Positions 26,597-32,828 of a stretch of DNA of 32,828 nucleotides are shown one piece after another. Every line of letters starts with the position of its first letter. Positions within the stretch are counted from its first letter, which is position 1. The notes beneath the pieces were generated by a model, which searched no databases, had not been told where the DNA came from, and saw nothing but the letters and a program-made list of their open reading frames with translations. This DNA comes from Bifidobacteriaceae bacterium (lineage in GTDB: Bacteria; Actinomycetota; Actinomycetes; Actinomycetales; WQXJ01). The position numbers were made by a program, and so were the translations under genes. The stretch lies in assembly GCA_031278675.1 (NCBI GenBank), contig JAITJY010000236.1, positions 1 through 32,828 on the forward strand. Direction: 5' to 3'.

Positions 26597-26681
26597 CGTG
26601 CCGAGATTCTAGGCGATTCGTCATGTAGCGTGGAGCGAGGCGCTTCCAGGACGGCGCACATGCCGAAGAGAGTGACAGTAC

Positions 26682-27506
26682 ATGAGCAGTGAGACCGAGT
26701 CGGCGGCCAAAACAACCGCGCCGGCCAAGCCGCGCCGTCAGGCCGGAGGCAAAGCCAAGGTCGTGACGAAAGATGTGACGGACACATCAGCCGAATTGAA
26801 GCGCGCCGCCGGGACGCGGGCTGATGCCCCGCCCACCATCCGGCCGAAAACCAAGCCGCGCCCAACGACAGGCCACGTCAACGTCAAACGGGTAGGGCAC
26901 GCCGATGGCGAGGCGCGGCCCAGCCATCCCACCCACAGTGGCGCTGCCTTGACGCCGGGTAGCCATGGGCCGCGGCGGCCCCATAAGGTGGCCCCACCGA
27001 CCAGTACGGTGGCAGTCGAGGCGGTCCCTGCGGCATCGGCCCCCCGGCGGCCACCGGTCAAACCGGCCGCCACCGTGGTTGGGCCTGGTGGCGTCGAGGC
27101 GTCCGGTGAGGTGGTCAAGGATAAGACCAAGCCGCGCAAAGCTGGGCGTGTCAAGTTGAACTTGTCCTATGTTGCGCCGCTGTCGGTGATGAAGATTTCG
27201 TTCCTGGTGGCGATCGCCTTGGGTGTGGCGTTTGTTGTGGCAGTGTTTATTTTTTGGAAGGCGCTCAACGACCGGCACGTGTTCACCCAGATCAACGACA
27301 CTATTACGGAACTGGTCGGAGCCAACCGGCCCGAGTCGCTGGAGATTTTGCAATACGTTACCCAGGGGCGGGTCATGTCCGGGGCGGCCATCATCGCAGT
27401 GGTGGACGTAGTGGTGATCACCTTGATCTCCACGTTGTTCGCGGTGATCTACAACATCATCGCAGCCCTGGTCGGTGGCGTCCGCGTGACTCTGCGCGAG
27501 CACTAA
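26682..27506 (+). CDS. DUF3566-type membrane protein (Rv0007-like, conserved downstream of gyrA)
   Basis: A basic Pro-rich N-terminus, then LNLSYVAPLSVMKISFLVAIALGVAFVVAVFIFW and a second TM segment near the C-terminus. Synteny supports the call. Confidence 0.75.
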   Translation: MSSETESAAKTTAPAKPRRQAGGKAKVVTKDVTDTSAELKRAAGTRADAPPTIRPKTKPRPTTGHVNVKRVGHADGEARPSHPTHSGAALTPGSHGPRRPHKVAPPTSTVAVEAVPAASAPRRPPVKPAATVVGPGGVEASGEVVKDKTKPRKAGRVKLNLSYVAPLSVMKISFLVAIALGVAFVVAVFIFWKALNDRHVFTQINDTITELVGANRPESLEILQYVTQGRVMSGAAIIAVVDVVVITLISTLFAVIYNIIAALVGGVRVTLREH

Positions 27507-27578
27507 CGGAGGCGTTCTTTTAGCCAGCCACTACCATTGTGGGGTAGTCTGGCGTGGCGTTGCCGCGAGGCACGGCAA

Positions 27579-27652
27579 GGGCCTATAGCTCAGGCGGTTA
27601 GAGCGCTTCCCTGATAAGGAAGAGGTCGGAGGTTCAAGTCCTCCTAGGCCCA
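27579..27652 (+). tRNA. tRNA-Ile (anticodon GAT)
   Basis: Cloverleaf: acceptor GGGCCTA/TAGGCCC, D arm GCTC/GAGC, anticodon stem CTTCC/GGAAG with loop CTGATAA, and T arm GGAGG-TTCAAGT-CCTCC. Discriminator is A. CCA is not cleanly encoded. Confidence 0.92.
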
Positions 27653-27805
27653 CCCACCCCAACCACAATCTGCCAGGCGTTACACTCAAAGCAGCTCCCA
27701 GGAAACTCCCAGGATCAGGGACTGTACCCGAAAACTGTACCCTACACAAAATTCCCACCAACTGGCCGGTCGGCCCCCAGTGCGGCGGGGAAGCCGGGGC
27801 GCAGT

Positions 27806-28135
27806 TCAGGTGGGGGACGGGCCTGGTTCTGGCGGTGTTGACGCTTCGTTGGGGAGAGGTCTGGGCCTGCCAGGGGATCGATCAGTAGCGGTGAGGCCCG
27901 CAGAGCGGGCCGCCGCTTCGCGGCGCAGGCGGGCCAGCCAGTAGGCGTCGATCACCACAATCGCGCCGTTCATCAGCACAAATGGCCAGATCGCCAGGGC
28001 GGCGTTGTAGCCCGTGGCCACCAGTGAGCCGGCCAGATTCATCCAGCGGAACTGCCGTTGGCGGCTCACCATGAGTGAGGCCACCACAGTGATGGAGCCG
28101 GCCCAGCCCAGGATCTCAAGGAATGTCCGCATCAA
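27806..28135 (-). CDS. Small 3-TM membrane protein (YgjV/CBU_0592-like), with a Pro-rich tail
   Basis: Three hydrophobic segments: ILGWAGSITVVASLMV, MNLAGSLVATGYNAALAIW and FVLMNGAIVVIDAYWL. The family call is tentative. Confidence 0.55.
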   Translation of the reverse strand: MMRTFLEILGWAGSITVVASLMVSRQRQFRWMNLAGSLVATGYNAALAIWPFVLMNGAIVVIDAYWLARLRREAAARSAGLTATDRSPGRPRPLPNEASTPPEPGPSPT

Positions 28136-28175
28136 GGCAGTGGCTCGCTTTCGGTGGTGAGTAGGAATCCAGAGT

Positions 28176-28205
28176 TTGACCGCGCCCGCAAACGTGCGCT
28201 AGTCT
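28176..28205 (+). promoter_or_regulatory. Candidate promoter for mtnA, TTGACC - 18 nt - TAGTCT
   Basis: -35 at 28176-28181 and -10 at 28200-28205, about 40 nt upstream of the mtnA start. Confidence 0.35.
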
Positions 28206-28242
28206 GAGTCTCGCATACTTGTTGGACATCTAGCAACTAGGG

Positions 28243-29331
28243 ATGACGGACATGGGCGTCCAGCCACACCAAGCAAGACCACGGACCATCGACTGGGTCG
28301 ACGGCGCAATCCAGCTCATTGACCAGACTATGCTGCCGCGCCAACTTGTGCTGCGCCGCATCGAAACGGTCAACCAGTTGATCACAGACATCCAAAGGCT
28401 CGCCGTGCGCGGCGCCCCAGCCCTCGGCATAGCCGGCGCCCTCGGCGTTGCGCTAGCTGCCACCCGCGGCGCAGCAGGCGAAGAACTCGCCAGCCAAGCC
28501 CGCCTCATCGCCGCAGCCCGCCCCACCGCCGTCAACCTGGCCTGGGGAGTCGCGCGGGCTATGGCGTGCGCGGCAGACGGGCCCGGCGGCATCGTCCAAG
28601 GTGCCCTAGCGCTGCGCGACCAAGACATCGCGGCCTGCCAATCAATGTCCGTGCGGGGCGCCGACCTGCTCGCGGACCTACTGGCCGAAATCTTGGAGCA
28701 GCGGCCGCTGCGGCTCATGACCATCTGCAACACCGGCTCCCTCGCGGCCGTCGAACGGGGCACCGCCCTGGGCGTCATCCAAGAAATCTTCGACCGCGGC
28801 CAACTTGAGCGCGCCCTGCCACTCGAAACCAGACCCCTCCTCCAAGGTGCCCGCCTGACCGCCTGGGAACTAGAACGCCTGAACATCCCATACAGCCTCA
28901 CCACCGACGGCGCAGCCCCGTTCCTGCTGCAACGCGGCCAGGCAGACGCCGTCCTGGTCGGAGCGGACCGGATCGCCGCCAACGGCGACACCGCCAACAA
29001 AGTCGGCACCTTCGCGCTCTCGCTCGGCGCCCAGGTGGCCGGCGTCCCATTCTTGGTGGTGGCACCAGAATCGACCGTGGACCTGGCCTGCCCGCGCGGC
29101 ACCGACATCCCCATCGAAGACCGCGGCCCCGCAGAAGTCCGGGGCTTCGGCGAAATGCGCTGGGCACCCGCCACCGCCCCGGCCTACAACCCGGCGTTCG
29201 ACGTGACCCCCGCCGTCAACATCACCGCAATTGTGACCGACCGGCGAATTATCCGGCTCGGCGAAGGACAAAACCCGGGCAATGTCCCACTGGGTCAGAC
29301 CCGCCAAATAGAAAGGACCGATAATGGCTAA
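28243..29331 (+). CDS. mtnA: S-methyl-5-thioribose-1-phosphate isomerase (eIF-2B alpha/beta/delta family)
   Basis: LAVRGAPALGIAGA, TICNTGSLA, GADRIAANGDTANKVGT and VVAPESTVD motifs. Confidence 0.88.
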   Translation: MTDMGVQPHQARPRTIDWVDGAIQLIDQTMLPRQLVLRRIETVNQLITDIQRLAVRGAPALGIAGALGVALAATRGAAGEELASQARLIAAARPTAVNLAWGVARAMACAADGPGGIVQGALALRDQDIAACQSMSVRGADLLADLLAEILEQRPLRLMTICNTGSLAAVERGTALGVIQEIFDRGQLERALPLETRPLLQGARLTAWELERLNIPYSLTTDGAAPFLLQRGQADAVLVGADRIAANGDTANKVGTFALSLGAQVAGVPFLVVAPESTVDLACPRGTDIPIEDRGPAEVRGFGEMRWAPATAPAYNPAFDVTPAVNITAIVTDRRIIRLGEGQNPGNVPLGQTRQIERTDNG

Positions 29332-30418
29332 ATCACGACCAATTAGAAGAGGCTGGGCCGCCCTTGGCCTAGCAGTTTTCGCCCTGACCGCCGCCTGCGG
29401 CGGCAGCGCTACGGGCAACTCAGGCGAAGCGACCGGCGCAACCGGCGCGGCTGGGGGAGCGACCGGCGCCGGGACGGCGGCCGGACCCCTCTACATCTAC
29501 CTCACCAACGACCCGATTGGCGTCAATAAATTCCTCGAATCAGGCAAGACCGGCGTCGAGGCCGCCGCCGCCCAATTCGGCGGCCAAGCCAAGGTCTATG
29601 AAGGCCAAGACGAAACCTCAATGCGTCAAAACATGGAAGCAGCCATTGAGGAACAGCCCGACGTGATTGTGACAATCACATTCGACTTCACTGATATCAC
29701 AAAAGAATTCGCGGAGCGCTACCCAGACCAGACCTTCGTCTTAATTGACGACTGCCCGGCCGAAGGCCAGCCGGCCAACATGTACTGCGCGGTATTCCGC
29801 GAACACGAGGCCGCCTATCTCCTCGGCGCCGAAGCCGGCCTGTTGACCAAGACCAATCAGACCGGTTCCGTCGGTGCCGTGGATATCCCCTTCATCCACC
29901 GCTACACAGACGCATTCGCTCAGGGATCAGCCGAACAAAACCCCAAAGTCAAAGACAGCCAATTGTTCATTGGTGGCCAGAACCCATTCTCTGACCCAGC
30001 CAGGGCCAAAGAACAGGCCGCAGCTATGGCGGCCACCGGCACAGACCACATTTTCGCGGTCGCCTCCGGCTCGAACGGCGGCGTATTCGAGGCCGCCGCA
30101 GCCGCTGGCGTGACCGCCTACGGCGTGGACGTCAACCAATGCCCCGACCAGGTTGGCGCTGTCGGCGACGGCACGTTGAAGCTGATGGACACACTCATTC
30201 CCGACCTGATCGGCAAGATCCAAAAAGGTGAGGCCGGCCCCGTGAATTCCTATGGCCTAGCTGAGGGAGGCATGGATATTGTGTCGTTGCATGAGGGCGC
30301 GTCAGCCTCCCTTTGCACCGTGATGGACCACCCGGATGTCCTGGCCGTCTTGACCACCTTGAAAGACAAGGTGATAGCCGGCGAAATCACGCCCGTCGAT
30401 CCAACCGGCCTAAACTAG
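29324..30418 (+). CDS. BMP-family (PnrA/Med-like) ABC transporter substrate-binding lipoprotein
   Basis: Signal peptide with lipobox LTAAC-GG and BMP-like core motifs. The start overlaps the mtnA stop by 8 nt. Confidence 0.8.
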   Translation: MAKSRPIRRGWAALGLAVFALTAACGGSATGNSGEATGATGAAGGATGAGTAAGPLYIYLTNDPIGVNKFLESGKTGVEAAAAQFGGQAKVYEGQDETSMRQNMEAAIEEQPDVIVTITFDFTDITKEFAERYPDQTFVLIDDCPAEGQPANMYCAVFREHEAAYLLGAEAGLLTKTNQTGSVGAVDIPFIHRYTDAFAQGSAEQNPKVKDSQLFIGGQNPFSDPARAKEQAAAMAATGTDHIFAVASGSNGGVFEAAAAAGVTAYGVDVNQCPDQVGAVGDGTLKLMDTLIPDLIGKIQKGEAGPVNSYGLAEGGMDIVSLHEGASASLCTVMDHPDVLAVLTTLKDKVIAGEITPVDPTGLN

Positions 30419-30436
30419 CGCACCGCAAGGAAACGC

Positions 30437-31987
30437 ATGTATCAGGTGGAGATGCGCCACATCACCAAGACTTTCCCCTCGGTGGTGGCGGACGATGACG
30501 TCGACTTCTTTGTCGAAGAAGGCGAAATCCACGCTCTGATGGGTGAAAACGGCGCGGGCAAATCGATCTTGATGTCGATTCTCGCGGGGCTTTACCGGCC
30601 AGACAGCGGCGAAATCTTCGTGGGCGGCCAGCGGCGGGTCTTTACTTCGCCGCTGGACGCCATAGCCGCCGGGATTGGGATGGTGTTCCAAGAATTTCAG
30701 TTGTTCGGCTCAATGACCCTGGCGGAAAACATCATTTTCCGCCAGGAACCGACCAGACGCGGCCTGATAGACCAGGGCGCGGCCAACGCCAAGGTGCGGG
30801 CGATCAGCCAGCGCTACGGGCTGGAGTTCGACCCTGCCGCAAAAGCCGCGAATGCGCCGGTCGGCGTGCTCCAGCGAGCTGAGATCGTCAAGGCGCTCTA
30901 CCGGGACGCGAAGATCCTGATCCTGGACGAACCAACAGCGGTACTAACCCCACAAGAAACCGTCGGACTGTTCAAGGTGCTGCGCGAACTGCGTGCCGAA
31001 GGGCACACGATAGTGTTCATCACCCACAAGCTGCGTGAAGTGATGGAAATCTCCGACCGCGTCACCGTGTTGCGGGACGGCAAAGTGGTAGCGCGGCTCG
31101 ACACCGCCAAAACCACCCCAGATGAGATCTCCCACGCGATGACGGGGCGCGCCATAGACCTGACGATGCGTCCACCCACAAGGCAACCCGGCGCTGACGT
31201 GTTAGCAGTGCGCGGTCTGGGCGCGCGCTCCGACCGCGGGGTCGAAGTCCTGCGCGGCGTGGACTTGACGGTGCGGGCAGGCGAAATTGTGGGCCTGGCC
31301 GGCGTGGCCGGCAACGGACAAGCCGAACTGGCGCAGGTGCTGAGCGGTCTGGCCAAGGCCTCGACCGGCACGGTTGAACTGGGCGGGAAAGACATCACCG
31401 CCGCGAAGGTGGCGCGGCGCCGCGAACTCGGTCTTAGCTACATCCCGGAGGATCGTTGGTCGGTGGGCGCCGCAGGTCCAGCCAGCGTCGCAGAAAACCT
31501 GGCGATGGGGCACCACCGCGCCCCGCCGATCCGGCCCAGGCGCCTGTTGTCCCGGCGCGCCATGCGAAGCTTCGCAGCCAAACTGATCGACCAGTTCTCG
31601 ATCAAGGTGCCCGCACCACAGACCCTGGCCGGGACCCTGTCCGGCGGTAACCTCCAAAAACTGGTGGCCGCCCGCGAACTGGCCCACGAGGCGCCGTTGT
31701 TGATCGCTGAGCAACCCACCCGGGGGGTTGACATCGGGTCAATCGAGTTTATCCACGGACAACTCGTCGATTACCGCGACCGTGGCGGTGCGGTACTGCT
31801 GATCAGTGCCGAACTGAGCGAAATCCTCTCACTGAGCGGCCGGATCGCCGTGATGTATGAAGGGCGGATCGTGGCGGTGTTGAACGCCGGACAAGCCACC
31901 GAAGACCAGATCGGTCTCCTGATGGCCGGAGTCACGGCGGGAACGCCGCCACCGGGGCAACCCCCAGGCGAGGGGACGGAGTTGTGA
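30437..31987 (+). CDS. ABC transporter ATP-binding protein, tandem ATPase domains (nucleoside/sugar type)
   Basis: Walker A GENGAGKS, Walker B ILILDEPTA, and a second-domain signature LSGGNLQK with LLIAEQPTRGVD. Confidence 0.9.
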   Translation: MYQVEMRHITKTFPSVVADDDVDFFVEEGEIHALMGENGAGKSILMSILAGLYRPDSGEIFVGGQRRVFTSPLDAIAAGIGMVFQEFQLFGSMTLAENIIFRQEPTRRGLIDQGAANAKVRAISQRYGLEFDPAAKAANAPVGVLQRAEIVKALYRDAKILILDEPTAVLTPQETVGLFKVLRELRAEGHTIVFITHKLREVMEISDRVTVLRDGKVVARLDTAKTTPDEISHAMTGRAIDLTMRPPTRQPGADVLAVRGLGARSDRGVEVLRGVDLTVRAGEIVGLAGVAGNGQAELAQVLSGLAKASTGTVELGGKDITAAKVARRRELGLSYIPEDRWSVGAAGPASVAENLAMGHHRAPPIRPRRLLSRRAMRSFAAKLIDQFSIKVPAPQTLAGTLSGGNLQKLVAARELAHEAPLLIAEQPTRGVDIGSIEFIHGQLVDYRDRGGAVLLISAELSEILSLSGRIAVMYEGRIVAVLNAGQATEDQIGLLMAGVTAGTPPPGQPPGEGTEL

Positions 31988-32828
31988 ATCACATCAAGAC
32001 CAGGCTGCGGCAACTGAGTGGGCCCGTGCCACTGTCCGTGGCCGCCGCGTTCCTGATCGGGGCCGGTTTTATCGCCTTGGCTGGCTACTCGCCACTCGGC
32101 GCCTATGAGGCAATGGCCCGCGGCTCGCTGGCGACACCGCTCGGCCTAGCCAACACGCTGCAGCGCGCCGTTCCCCTGATCGGGATGGCCATTGCTGTCG
32201 CCGTCGCCTTCCGCGCCGGCGTGTTCAACATTGGTATGGAAGGCCAAATGGTGATGGGGTCTTTGGCCGGCGCCATCACCGCGCTCTACCTGCCGGGCCC
32301 CGCACCACTCGTGGTTATGGCGGCACTGGTGGCCGGCACGGCCGGCGGCGCACTGTGGGGGCTGGCCTCGGCCGGGCTCCAGTTCAAACCCGGCGTGCCC
32401 GTGCTCATCTCATCACTCCTGCTGTCCTATCCCGCCCGCTACTTCGCGTCCTGGGTGGTCCGGTTCCCCCTCAAAGATCCGTCCTCATCAATGGTCGCCA
32501 CCCGGCAATTCGACCTGCAACTACCGATGCTGGCGCCGGCGCAGGCGCCAGCGGGGCAATGGATCAGCCAAACCTTCGGTGCCCGGTCGGTGGCGGCGGT
32601 CATCACCTCTTCCGTCAACTGGGGCCTGATCCTGGTGCTCGGCGTTGTCCTCGCCGTCGCGTTCGCCAACAAACGCACCGTGTTCGGCTACGAAACCGCC
32701 ATGACCGGCCATAACGCCCTTTTTGCGCGGTATGGTGGCGCGGCATCGGGCACTGTATTACTCCAAACTATGGCCTTGTCCGGCGGCCTGTCCGGGCTGG
32801 TGGGAACCATCTTCGTGATCGGCGCGCC
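31984..32828 (+). CDS. ABC transporter permease (partial, continues past the window end)
   Basis: GTG at 31984 overlaps the ATPase stop (GTGA). My own translation gives VNHIKTRLRQLSGPVPLSVAAAFLIGAGFIALAGYSP...AFRAGVFNIGMEGQMVMGS, where FNIGxEGQ is typical of this permease family. No stop occurs before 32828. Confidence 0.8.
   Translation, partial: MNHIKTRLRQLSGPVPLSVAAAFLIGAGFIALAGYSPLGAYEAMARGSLATPLGLANTLQRAVPLIGMAIAVAVAFRAGVFNIGMEGQMVMGSLAGAITALYLPGPAPLVVMAALVAGTAGGALWGLASAGLQFKPGVPVLISSLLLSYPARYFASWVVRFPLKDPSSSMVATRQFDLQLPMLAPAQAPAGQWISQTFGARSVAAVITSSVNWGLILVLGVVLAVAFANKRTVFGYETAMTGHNALFARYGGAASGTVLLQTMALSGGLSGLVGTIFVIGA

Overview
This window is a high-GC actinobacterial-type chromosomal replication-origin region. 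The conserved block is parB-parA-rsmG-jag-yidC-yidD-rnpA-rpmH on the minus strand and dnaA-[oriC]-dnaN-recF-DUF721/dciA-gyrB-gyrA-DUF3566-tRNA-Ile on the plus strand. To its right lie mtnA and a BMP-type (nucleoside-like) ABC importer. To its left lie yhhQ, a Pro/Glu-rich membrane protein, a PIG-L deacetylase and a GT4 glycosyltransferase. The part that does not fit is the left ~5.5 kb (about 300-5535). It is a visibly lower-GC island bounded on the right by transposase debris. It carries a promoter plus a riboswitch-like structured leader with an intrinsic terminator. Next comes an atypical tRNA-His (A73 discriminator, unpaired encoded G-1, encoded CCA), followed by a full-length HisRS whose motifs resemble the eukaryote/archaea type. 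Translationally coupled to the HisRS are a two-cysteine DapF-fold epimerase with a Cys-rich insert and a GNAT acyltransferase. A LOG/SLOG-like (TIGR00725-type) protein, a truncated PRTase-like ORF and a convergent VanX-like D,D-dipeptidase complete the island. I do not recognise this combination as any described operon, and it is my main candidate for a new system. Separately, a ~159-bp MITE-like element with 16-18-bp terminal inverted repeats and 3-bp TNA duplications occurs in three full copies plus one partial copy. One copy extends the yidD reading frame and another contributes the G of the dnaN stop codon. yidC has three near-perfect 150-bp in-frame tandem repeats. All assignments come from reading motifs by eye; no database search was run.
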